Shown here piece by piece: positions 36,351 through 47,399 of a stretch of DNA of 64,000 nucleotides. Both the position numbers and the translations under genes were made by a program. Numbering within the stretch: position 1 is the first letter of the stretch; each line of letters begins with the position of its first letter. Where the stretch lies: the NCBI RefSeq assembly GCF_009914755.1, contig NC_060942.1. One strand, written 5' to 3'. The notes beneath the pieces are model-generated. The model had not been told where the DNA came from. It ran no database searches and saw only the letters and a program-made list of their open reading frames with translations. This stretch comes from the human T2T-CHM13v2.0 reference genome, Homo sapiens.

Positions 36351-38422
36351 ACTGGGAAACAAGAAAATTCATGTGTCTTGCTTTATTGTGATGGCCTGGA
36401 AGCAAACCCAAAATATCTCTGTGGTATGCTTGTAGTAACACCACTTCCCACAGATCTACACCTTAGCCTTGCTTCCACAATTCCCTTCAGTGACTTGGCA
36501 TCCCAGATTATCTGGTAGGTCACTCCTTTGATGCTTTACCTTTCCTCCTGGACCTTTACTTCTCCAGTTTTTGCCACAGTTTAGTAACATCTACGTCCTG
36601 TAATGAACAGTTATCTTATAACTCAGAAGTTCTGCTTCCCTGTTTGACATTGACAAATATGATTACTTCAAGCACTGAAGAATACCACAACTGCCGTGTA
36701 AAATGAACCCATATTATTCAGGTAGTCAGGTTTTTTTTCACTTGCAGTGACAAAAGGGAGTGATAATCTAAAGGGAGATCATCTGAAAGGAGAGATTATC
36801 ATATGATATGAGTGGACTCCGTGACAATGCAAAAATCTCAACATCAGGCAGAAGAATTGGGCTTCACTCCCCCACAGTATTAACTTACTCTTTTCAAACC
36901 CTCATTATTTAGGCTAAGATTTGGTTAATTATAACAATTCATATTCATCTTCATTGCGTATTCAATTTAGAGTTTTTACAATTTCTAATGCTATTTGGGG
37001 AATAAATACTTTCATTTATTTTTCTTCTTCAAATTTTCTTCTCTTTCTATCTGTAGATCATACCATAAAGCCACATACACACATATGAGTACCTTAGGTT
37101 GCCTATGCTAGCCTTGTCAACACATCCATCCTGAAGGCCAGTATCTTCTAAACATGTTTATTGGTCGTAGAAACATTTGTCATCAGGCTAGGGTGGGAAT
37201 GTAGAGGCATAAGCTCTACCTGACTATGTTTTTTCTTAACCTCCTAAGCTCCCTTACTTAACTTTGAAGCACCTCAAAACTAGATTAAAAATGTATTGTA
37301 CAGATGTGGAAATCCCTTTTGCTACCTATATCCTCTTATCCTATTTTCCCTGGATGAGTATTGCTATAATAGTTTAAATGTTTAGCTCTCAATGCCTGAT
37401 TTTAATTCTCACATTTGGAGTTTTTGTATTTGATGCTTTAGAATTTGGGTATTCAGATTTGTTTTTGGCTCAGTTTGCTTTTTTGGCCTCAGTATCTTCA
37501 GTTGTCTTTGGAGAAAATCCCTAATATCTCCAACGTCTGGTTATTAAAATGCACACCTATATGTAGAATCTTAGCTCCAGTCTATATCAGGAAGGAGAAT
37601 GCTGACATTGTCTACAGAGTACAAACTCCACATGGGTAAGGATGGTGTATATTTGCTAAGGCATTCCCGGTACCCATCACAGGTCTCTAGATCATAAAAG
37701 TTCAGCAATTGTTAAAGTGATGAACTGAGAAAAATTCCATTAATCGAATGTTTTTTCTTTCTTTTACGTGCAACTGTTTGAATTTATTCCCCTTGATATA
37801 CGAAAGCCCGATAAGTTGTATGAGCTGCAAAGACAAAGGATATGCCTACTTTGTTCATTGATTTATATCCATATCCCAGCACAATGCCTGTCTCAGTATA
37901 ATCACAAATACGTGGGTTTTGAGGGAACAGTCAAGGGATATGCATTAGTTTTCACTGATTACTACCTCCACAGAAATGGCTAACTATGTGGCTATGTGGC
38001 TTGGAGGAAGCAAGGACTTGGTAATTTTGTCTGTGGAGAATCTATATTAGTCTTCTTTATATCTCAGTTCCTAAAGATTGCTAAATATGGAGGACACAGA
38101 AAATGACATGCTTAGGGTTTGTTATAAATATTTTTACTTTATTAGATTCAAAAAATGCTTTCTAACTCTATGTGTTTGTTGGAGGACAAGTCATGTACCC
38201 TGAAAAACAGTGTCTACGCTAGTTAGCACACACTGCAATACCAACAATACCAAAATTTAGTAGCTTATGAAAACAATTATTAAGTTAACTATTCTGTTGG
38301 TTGGCAAGTTGGGCTTTTCTTCAGATAGATGAATCTTGAGATCTCATGTGTCTGGCTACTCATGTGGCTATAGATTGATAAGGGATCAGTTGGTCTAGGG
38401 AAGACCTCAGTTGTGACCTCTT

Positions 38423-39202
38423 ATTTAATATATTTTTTAAGTTCAGGGGTATATGTGCTGGTTTGTCATATAGGAAAACTTGTGTCATGGGAGTTTGTTG
38501 TGCAGATTATTTTATCATCCACATATTAAGCTTAGTACCCATTAGTTATTTTCCCTAATCCTCTTACTCTTTCCACAGCCATCCTCTGATAGGCCCCAGT
38601 GTCTGTTGATGCCCTGTATGTGTCAATGTATTTTCATCATTTAGCTCCCATTTATAAGGGAGAGCCATGTGGTATTTGATTTTCTGTTCCTGCATTAGTT
38701 TGCTAAGGATAATGGCCTCCAGCAAAATCCATATTTCTGCAAATCACATGATCTTTTTCTTTTGTATAGCTGCATAATATTCCATGGTGTATATGTACCA
38801 CATTTTATTTATCCTGTATGCCATCAATGGACATTTAGATTGATTCCATGTCTCTGCTATTGTGACTAGTGCTGCAATGAACATACATGTGCATGTGTCT
38901 TTATAATAGAATGATTTATATTCCTTTGGGTGTATACCAAGTAATGGGATTGCTGGTTCAAATGGTATTTCTGGTTTTAGGTCTTTGAGCAATCACCACA
39001 TTGTCTTCAACAATGATTGAACTAACTTACACTCCCACTGACAGTGTATTCTGTTCTCTGCAACCTCCCCGGCATCTGATATTTTTTGACTTTTTAGTAA
39101 TACCTAATCTGACTGGTGTGAGATGGTATCTTACCGTGCTTTTGATTTGCATTTATCTAATGATCAGTGATGTTGAGCTTTTTTTTTTCATATCATTGTT
39201 GG
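38423..39202 (-). mobile_element. L1PA13-like 3' end, 5'-truncated (inverted remnant at 40466-40495)
   Basis: ttttaagttcaggggtatatgtgctggtttgtcatataggaaaacttgtgtcatgggagtttgttgtgcagattatttt is the L1PA12/13-type 3'UTR in antisense. TSD agttgtgacctctt (38409-38422) / agctgtgacctcct (40494-40507). Confidence 0.9.
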
Positions 39203-39224
39203 ATTTAAGAAGTCACAGCTTTTC

Positions 39225-40448
39225 CAGAAATTGGAACCCTCTTATACTTTATACAAAAATTAACTCAAGATGAATTAATGACTTAAAAGTAAAACCTAAA
39301 AACATGAAAACCCTAGAAGAAAACCTAGGTAATACCATTTAAGATATAGGCATGGGCAAAGACTTCATGACTAAAACACCAAAAGCAATTGCAACAGAAG
39401 CCAAAATTGACAAATGGGATCTAATTAAACTAAAGAGCTTCTGCTCAGTGAAGGAAACTATCATCAGAGTGAACAGGCAACCTACAGAATGGGAGATAAA
39501 GTTTGCAATCTATCCACCTCACAAAGGTCTAATATCCATAATCTACAAGGGAATTAAACTAATTTACAAGAAACAAACAAACAACCCCATCAAGAAGTTG
39601 GCAAAGGATATAATCAGACAATTCTCAAAAGAAGACATTTATGTGGCTGACAAATATATTAAAAGAAGCTCATCATCACTGGTCATCAGAGAAATACAAA
39701 TCAAAACCACAATGAGATACCATCTCACACCAGTTAGAATGGCAATCATTAAAGAGTCAGGAAACAACAGATGCTGGAGATGATGTGGAGAAATAGAAAC
39801 ACTTTTACACTGTTGATGGGAGTTGAAATTAGTTCAACCATTGTGGAAGATAGTGTGGCAATTCCTCAAGGATCTAGAACCAGAAATACCATTTGATCCA
39901 GCAATCCTGTTACTGGGTATATACCCAAAGGATTATAAATCATTCTACTGTAAAGACAAATGTACACGTATGTTTACTGCAGCACTATTTACAATAGCAA
40001 AGACTTGGAACAAACCCAAATGCCCATCAATGATAGACTGAATAAAGAAAATGTGGGACATACACACCATGGAATACTATACAGCCATAAAAAAGAATGA
40101 GTTCATGTCCTTTGCAGGGACATTGATGAAGCTGGAAACCATTCTCAGCAAACTAACACAGGAACAGAAAACCAAACACCACATGTTCTCACTCATAAGT
40201 GGGAGTTGAACAATGAGAACACATGGACACAGGGATGGGAACATCAAACAATGGGGCCTGTCATGGGGTGGGGTCGAGGGGAGGGAGAACATTAGGACAA
40301 ATACCTAATACATGCAAGGCTTAAAACCTAGATTACAGGTTGATGGGTGCAGAAAACCACCATGGTACATGTATACCTAGGTAAGAAATCTGCATGTTCC
40401 ACACATGTATCTCAGAACTTAAAGTAAAATAAAATAACATAAAATAAA
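39225..40448 (+). mobile_element. L1PA8-like 3' 1.2 kb (ORF2 C-terminus, 3'UTR, polyA)
   Basis: ORFs 39352-39783 ([31 protein letters not shown]...[22 protein letters not shown]) and 39823-40041 are the L1 ORF2p C-terminus; 3'UTR ggcttaaaacctagattacaggttgatggg. TSD aagaagtcacagcttttc (39207-39224) / aagaggtcacagcttttc (40449-40466). Confidence 0.95.
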
Positions 40449-40840
40449 AAGAGGTCACAGCTTTTCAAAGGACATGAACAGACATTTTTCAAAAGCTGTG
40501 ACCTCCTAAGTATAGCCCATGGATTTCTCATCTTTCATTAGATTAGCACAGAATGTTCAACATGATAGTAGGCTTTCAAGAGAAAAGGCAGGGGAAGCAT
40601 GCAAAGCCTCTTGAATTTCGGGCTCAAAGTCACGTACATTTCCTGTTGCATTCAATTGGTCAAAGCGATGTACAAAGTCAGTTTCAAGACTGGAAAAATC
40701 AACTCAGTTGCTTAAGAGTGGAGCTTCAAAGTATTGTGGCCATTTTTTGCAAACTACTACAATATTTTTAAAGTGTATTCTCTTTATAGTGAGATAGAAA
40801 TAACATATTGAAAAAATGTATAGATACAAATATATAAAGA

Positions 40841-40844
40841 CATA

Positions 40845-40892
<48 letters not shown>
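40841..40892. repeat. (CA)n microsatellite
   Basis: About 20 perfect CA units preceded by interrupted units. Confidence 0.97.
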
Positions 40893-40894
<2 letters not shown>

Positions 40895-42399
40895 CTTTTT
40901 TGTAGCTGAATGGTTACAAGGTCAGTCCTTCTCCATGCTGGGAGAAAGATTAAAAATCCACTCTCCTTCCTCACAGTGTTATTCAACACCTCCTACAAAC
41001 CAAATCTAACCCTCCTATTCCCATGCTCTTCTATATACTGAGATATGCAAATAGGCATTAGAGAAGGTTTTGGAAGAAAAATGTAACAGATAACTTTTCT
41101 ACACACTTCTTTGCTTATTACAAACTTGAAACTTATGTCTACTCAGAGAGGTAAAAGACACTCTGGGTCCATTTGATGCCCTGCGAGCTTCCTCTCTACC
41201 TGTGTCTGTAGTGGTGTCTCTAAAACAAAGCCTTCTAAACCTTACTGATTATTAGATGCACATAGGGAATTCGAGCCAAAATCCAATATACAATGAATTA
41301 AAAGCTTTGGGGATATGGTCAAAGTGTTCTTAGTTTTTAGTATCATTGACAAATGAAGAAATTATGTTAAAGATAATTCAAGTTATCTGTTCAAATTCAA
41401 CAAATATCCCTAGAAGAGTTGACAATAAAATTCTAAGGATCTGGAGTCCTTGCTCAATTTCTCAATTCCTTGAGTACCCACAAGGAATAAAATTCATTTT
41501 ATTCACATCAGAATCTTCTAATGAAATTCCAAATAATTCTGCCACCCTATCATTGATTATACATCATGAATGTGACATGATCCATGTGAATTCCAGAATA
41601 TGTTATATAGAAGTAATCTGCCTTCCATGTATATTGATTTTGCAATTTTCAATCCTTACTATGGTTCTATATCTAAATCTATTTTCAGGAAATTTACTAT
41701 GATCTGCAAAATTTAATAGACCTATGATATGACATGCTATATTTATCATTTATATGACATCTCTTAAATAGAAAAGACAAAATATTATAATTTAGGTTAC
41801 TTTGGACCATTGTCAATATTGTCAGTGTCTGATAGAGCATTGCTCGCTCTCTTTTTTATTCTCGCTCCCTGTCCTTCAAATAAAATTGCCTTTTATTAAT
41901 TTTTGCTCTACCCAAGACTGGCAGCTGATTTTGAAGTGTCAGACCATTATTTGGTTTTTTTTGGATGTTACCATTTATTGCAAGGAGGATAAAATCAATG
42001 TGACATTTCCAGAACAATGATAGATGACAATAATAAGTGGTCTTTAAATGCGGAAGACTAATTTTTAAAAATGTCACCAGTGTACTATTTCAGACTTTGT
42101 CAAAGATAAAGCAGTAAAACTTATAGACATAAAAACTAATAATATTTCACCAAGTTACTTGCAGATAAAGATGCTATACTTACATCATTATAGGTCTATC
42201 TAAATACTGCCTTACTACTAGAATAAGTACAGCTATAATATAAAAGTCCATTGATTTGGGCCATTCAAAAACAAAATTATGGATGTTTGGCCTGAGTGAG
42301 TGTGTGTGTGTGTATGCACACATGTGTGCTTGTATTTGGCTATGGATAGGAGTAATTTAAACCTGTAACCATTGAAAAATACTGCACACATTGTTTTTT

Positions 42400-42585
42400 A
42401 TCTATTTTCATCTGTATAATCCTGGGAAAACTACACACCCTCTCTTTGTTTCACAATTCTTATTTTCAAATAAAAATATCACAAAAACCAACTCATAGGT
42501 TAAATGGGGAAGATAGACAAAAATTTTAGAATAGTGCCTGGCACACAGTAAGGACTCAATAAATGTACATATTATTATCATTGTT
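42400..42585 (+). mobile_element. MIR 3' fragment
   Basis: ttttcatctgtataa...ttagaatagtgcctggcacacagtaaggactcaataaatgtacatattatta. Confidence 0.6.
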
Positions 42586-43129
42586 TGTATTAATGTTGTT
42601 ATAAAATGGTACAACATCATCAATGCTGAACTGTTCATACTAGCAGGAATTCTCACATTACCATTTTTATATTATTGTTGTTCAAGCTTTCTAATTGTCC
42701 TTTAAATTCTTTTCATGCAGTGACTGGTTTACATTTTACCTTGTGCTTCAGTTAAACTAGAATAAAATTATGTGCATTTTGCAAATTACTAGACTGATGG
42801 TCAAGAAGCAGTGCAGCACAAAGCCAGCAAGGGATTTTGTAGCTCTCATTGAGGATTCATTTTTAGAGAATTAATTTATAGTTTGGAGGAACTAAGTTTA
42901 AGTCACAATGTGCAATTTGCTCTATAAAGATCCACCACATTTTCAGGGGCCAAAAAATTTAGCAGGAACTTACAACAAACTTATGTCAAAGAAGAACATT
43001 CACTGTGCCAGAAAGAACTGCAGGAAGAAAAAAGAACAAAGAAGTAAAAGAGCAAAGAAAGAATTCCCTGCTGCTTTACAGAGTGACAGATGATGGACAC
43101 CTTGTTGCTACCCAGTTACTACTTCATCA

Positions 43130-43186
43130 AGAGTTTCCCATCAGTATGAATTTGGGAATTTCCCATAGGATGGAGTTTCACTTTCC
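43130..43186. promoter_or_regulatory. Candidate NF-kB + ISRE/IRF composite element
   Basis: GGGAATTTCC at 43154-43163; AGTTTCACTTTCC (reverse complement GGAAAGTGAAACT) at 43174-43186; near-kB site (reverse complement GGGAAACTCT) at 43130-43139. Motif evidence only. Confidence 0.55.
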
Positions 43187-43344
43187 TTATTTTCATATGG
43201 CATATTAATTCATTTTGCTTTCTTGCATTTTAATATGCATAAAGAAATTTTAAGTAGTTAATTATAAATTCTATGTAATTTGTAGTTATCTGCTAACATT
43301 TATAAATTGGTTGACCCATGAAGTCTTATATTTGTGAAAAAAAG

Positions 43345-43485
43345 ACTTCCGTTCAAATTCCAACCCTAAAACTTAGAAATTTTGTGATCTTGTGAAAGTT
43401 ACTTAGTATCTCTGAATTTCTAAATCCTCGTCTATACAATGTCAATAAAAGTACTTGTATCTTGGGATATCTTGAGCATTAGATT
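43345..43485 (+). mobile_element. MIR
   Basis: gttcaaattccaaccctaaaacttagaaattttgtgatcttgtgaaagttacttagtatctctgaatttctaaatcctcgtctatacaatg. Confidence 0.7.
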
Positions 43486-43497
43486 GTCACACAAACT

Positions 43498-43521
43498 CAC
43501 ACACACACACACACACACACA
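43498..43521. repeat. (CA)n microsatellite
   Basis: About 12 CA units. Confidence 0.9.
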
Positions 43522-44016
43522 GAGTACTTGAGATTACTCCCATGAAACAAAAGTTTCTCAATATGACTTTATTCCCTTCCCATTCTTTCTCCTCCTTCCT
43601 CTACCTTTAGTGCATTTTCATCGTTTTTTTTTAATTTACAAATCTGTCCTACAGGTTAGTTCTTTAATCAGTGTGTTAAGATAAATAGAGATCGAGAAAG
43701 AACAAGGAAATGGTGTCCTAGACCTCCATTGTTTTTTTCACCAATAGCATTTCTCCACACTTATCCTTACCCTGCACCATCCCAAGTCTATGCCTTCAGA
43801 GAAAAAAGTGTCTTCAGGCTAAGGCCAGAAAAAAAAAAAAAGCTGCTGTCAAAGAATTTATTCCTAATCAGAATTGCTGTTCTATAACCAAATGAAGCTG
43901 CCTCAGTTGAACCTTAGGAAGTAATCCTGTGACCAAAGAGAACAATGATAACAAACAAAAACTAAAATAAAGACAAAAGCACATATTCTTTCTTCTTTCC
44001 CTTTGTTTGCATTTAG

Positions 44017-44156
44017 GAATCTCTGCCCACTTTCTTACTAGTTACTGGTTATGGACAAGATCTGTTGGTCCACAACAGCATGCTAAAGATGAGCAAGCCA
44101 GACAAAGGGAAACAGGTTTGCTGTCACCCGTACAGCAGCAAGTGGGAAGCTTCCAG
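44017..44156 (+). other. Candidate internal exon (140 bp), probably non-coding
   Basis: Long pyrimidine tract ttctttcttctttccctttgtttgcatttAG (AG at 44015-16) and donor CAG|GTAAGA (GT at 44157-58). No transcript evidence available. Confidence 0.35.
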
Positions 44157-44539
44157 GTAAGAGAAAGTCTCAACATTATTTTACCAACTTAAGTTCTATA
44201 CAGAAGTTCAAAATAATTAAAAAAAAGCCAAATAATCCGCTTTGAACTCCAGTCTAATCTTTTAATGAAAATTTCACCTCTAACATTTTGACAAAATAAA
44301 ATACACAGTCCTTGATCCTGATTCATTGTGAGAAGAGGAAAAATAAGCTCAGGATGGGATTATGTAGTTAAGGGAGGTGAGAAAACAGAGACTCTTTGAG
44401 TTCCTTCTGAAAGCAAAAGATCCATTTAATTACATACCAGAGATGATATACTCAAACCAAGACTTGCTGCCATAGTCTGGGCATGCGCTCTGCTCCAGTT
44501 TCCAGTAACTGTCAGGAAAATCAATGTTCTCTATTACCT

Positions 44540-44712
44540 TGCTAGTGAGAAACTGTGGTTTTTGAACCAATAGCATTGGCATTATCTGGAAGTTTGTTGG
44601 AAATGAAAAATCTAGGACCAACTTCTGATCTACTGAATCAGACCCTCAGGCAGGATTCTGAGTTTTAACATTTTCAGGTTATTAATTTAATTATTAAAAT
44701 TTGAAAACCTCT
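44540..44712. mobile_element. MER5A (hAT-Charlie MITE)
   Basis: aactgtggtttttgaaccaatagcattggcattatctggaagtttgttggaaatgaaaaatctaggacc..tctactgaatcaga..aaatttgaaaacctctg. Confidence 0.7.
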
Positions 44713-44821
44713 GCACTACTCTTATGTGATTATTTTTGATAAAGTTTCAACCAATGATAACATATGGATGGACTCACTTAGGATTCCTTTTGGAAGCTAA
44801 AAATAGGACTAAAACCTAGAC

Positions 44822-45008
44822 CAGTGTTTCTCAAAGTGTAAGTTCTTGACCAGCAACATCAGCCTCATCTGCAAATATGTTAAACGTGCAAATTCTTTGT
44901 CCCACACCAGAACTGCTGAGTCAAAAACTCTGGGAGTGGGGCCTAGCAATGTAGGGTTTAACAAAGTGTATAAGTGATTCTGAGGCATGCTAAGTCAGAG
45001 AACCACTT
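44822..45008. mobile_element. MER5A (hAT-Charlie MITE), full length
   Basis: CAGTGTTTCTCAAAGTGT..gaccagcaacatcagcctcatctg..gcaaattct..ctgagtcaaaaactctgggagtggggcctagcaat..gtgattctgaggcatgctaagt.agagaaccact. Confidence 0.85.
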
Positions 45009-45538
45009 CCCATAGCTGAAAATGAGCCACTAGACCACCTGTAGGTCTATAACAGAAACTTTGTCTTTTTTGATTTACTTCACAGATAGCAGAAAAAGCC
45101 AGATCATGAGGGCCATCCATAATGCCCATAGAAAAGCCAATCCAAACAGCCTAGTTGAGGTTTGCTCAGAGTTCCAAGCAGCAGTGGTCCTTACCTCTCT
45201 TATTTTTCAGAAGGATCTACCCCCCAAAAGAGTCCATATCTAAAATCTTCCAAAATTTAGCTTATTTAATTTTCTAACAACTGCCACAACTCTAGGATTC
45301 TAATAACTTCTTTGCCATTAAACTGTTCTCAATTTTTCTGTATGATTGTAGTGGAATGGATGATGAAAAGTGGAAAAAGAGAGGGTTATTGAGAAGCCTC
45401 TTCTAAGCTTTTCATAACCATTTTTGTAGAAGCTGCCCCACCCTACCCATATATTTCTGTGACTCTGCTGCACAACCTCACTTCTAGATGTGGCCAGGCA
45501 TTCATAAGTACAGAAAGCAGCTACCCATGTTAACTGCA

Positions 45539-46041
45539 TATAATAGGTTGAACAGTGATCTCCTAAAATACCTGCTCATGTCCTAATTTCCAGAACCTAT
45601 AATCTTAACTTATTGCATGCTAGGGGAAGGGGTGGGCAGGGGGAAAAGTCTTTGCAAAGGTAATTAAGGGTCTTGAAATGAGGAGATCATCCTGGATTTT
45701 CTGGGTGGGTCTGAAACCCTAAATGCAATGACAATTATTCTAAAGGAAAAAGGAGAGGGAAATTTGAGATAGCAAGAAGATGAAAAGACACAGAGACAAG
45801 GAGGAAGCAATGTTGCCATGGAGGCAAAGATTGGAGTGACATAGCCACAAGCCAATAAATGCCTGGAATCACCAGAAGCTGAGCCAGAAGAGGCAAGAAA
45901 GATAATCTCCTCTAGAGCCTTCAGGGCAAGAACAGCCCTGCCAACACCTTGATTTTGGATTTCTGGCTGCAAAATATATTGCTGTTGTTAATACACCCAA
46001 TTTGTGGTAACTTGTTAGAGCATCCCTGGGAAATTCATACA
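45539..46041 (+). mobile_element. MLT1C-like MaLR solo LTR
   Basis: tataataggttgaacagtg..gtctttgcaaaggtaattaagggtcttgaaatgaggagatcatcctggatt..ggaggcaaagattggagtga..ctagagccttcag..ccctgccaacaccttgattttgga..gggaaattcataca. Confidence 0.88.
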
Positions 46042-47399
46042 CTGTCTTTCTCTTCTAAGTGAGATTACTGTAGCAGCAAAAGTTCAAGTGGAAACCTACC
46101 TTTGAAAACATCCTGTAGTCATTGTATTATAACATTATAGAGGCCAGGTCAAAGGACAACTGATAAAAGTGGACTGTGTGTGGTGTTTTTCACCCTCAAT
46201 TCTGAGTGTTATCTCTAGGTCTAGTTTGCACACACCCCCCTTTGACGTTGTAACTGGGTCCCTGCTACATGTCTCCAGGCATAGGTCTGACCTCAACATC
46301 CAGAAGTTGACAAGAAACAAATCACAAATGATCATCTTTCTGGCCCATATTTAGTAGCCCCAAAATGGTTAACATTTTCTTGTGTTTTTATTGTCACTTT
46401 CCCTATATTTTATCAGTATATAAATTTTAATATTTTATATTTTTTCAGTAAAAGAAATGATGAAAATTTATAGAACTGGGACCACAGCAGTTCAGGGTTG
46501 GTTATGAGCCTAGGCAACTCAGATTTTAATTTTTGCTTTGAAAGCACTGATTCTTGAATTTCTTGAGCCTCATGGCTTGTTTTTCTAATTAAGCATCTTC
46601 AGGTATTTGGCTCCCATACACACTGAAATAATTTTGCATACATATATGCCTCCTTCCAAACCTCCACTTTGACATCTAAAATGTTTTGTCATAAGTTGCA
46701 ATGGATGTAGTTTTCAATCTGCTGCAGATTTTAACATTTTATTTTTGTTTTAATGCATCTAATAGAATCTCAATACCATTGAGATGCCCCTTGACATTTA
46801 TTTAAAAATACACTAAAAATTCTTCAAAATTTGGAGATTTTACATGATTTCTCTTTTGTTTCCACTGATAAGCCCACCATATATATGTGTGTGTGTATAT
46901 ATATAAATATATATATATTTTACTTCATGCCAGATACATGCTTTTCAGCAGAAAGCCTATTGTTGATTATTCTATCATATTTTGGTATAAATTAGAACCA
47001 ATGTAGAAGTTGAAATATGATTTTAAACTTTCTACAACCATGTTTCTAAGTGCTATAAAATTTATTTGATAGTTATAACAATTATTAATATATAATTATT
47101 TACAATTTAAATATATACTACAAATATTGATAAATAATTTTTATGCATTACAAGATAAATATTACTTAAAATGTACCCCCTAACGAGATAGAAGAGGCTG
47201 CTCTCCTACATAACTGTTACTTATGCTTCATCATTTCTGTTTTTTCTTTTTATATTTGTTCAGTTTTATTCATATAATATCAAGAAACACACTATCAGTC
47301 CAAAAAGACTAGGCTATGAAGAGATAATTAGCAACCTAAATTTTAGGGGCTAATGCAAGCAAGTAAGCAAACAAACAAACAAAAATATCTATTTATCTC

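Larger units (their letters stand above)
31935..36432 (+). mobile_element. Near-full-length Tigger1 (TcMar-Tigger/pogo DNA transposon), interrupted by a THE1 provirus
   Basis: TA|CAGTCATACC (31933-34, then 31935) and GGTATGCTTG|TA (ends 36432, TA at 36433-34) terminal inverted repeats with TA TSD. About 2.37 kb after removing THE1; Tigger1 subterminal sequence is recognisable at both ends. Confidence 0.95.
38215..40761 (-). mobile_element. MLT1H-like MaLR LTR split by two L1 insertions (pieces ~38215-38422 and ~40494-40761)
   Basis: Left piece caaaatttagtagcttatgaaaacaat..gttggtctaggg; right piece ggaagcatgcaaagcctcttga..cattcaattggtcaaagc..tgtggccattttttgcaaactactaca (reverse complement of TGTGGTAGATTGCAAAAATGGCCACA). 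Confidence 0.7.

Noticed and set aside
39352-40041. 143-aa and 72-aa ORFs with real protein-like sequence
   Set aside because: They are the C-terminus of L1 ORF2p in a 5'-truncated L1PA8-like copy, broken by a stop; not a gene.
38423-40448. A single L1 with a large twin-priming inversion
   Set aside because: Both pieces have their own 3'UTR and tail, cover overlapping L1 coordinates, show different subfamily diagnostics, and have separate TSD pairs.
45086-45159. Candidate exon (cacAG acceptor, GAG|GTTTGC donor)
   Set aside because: The donor is weak, and the exon introduces a stop when joined to 44017-44156; not supportable on its own.
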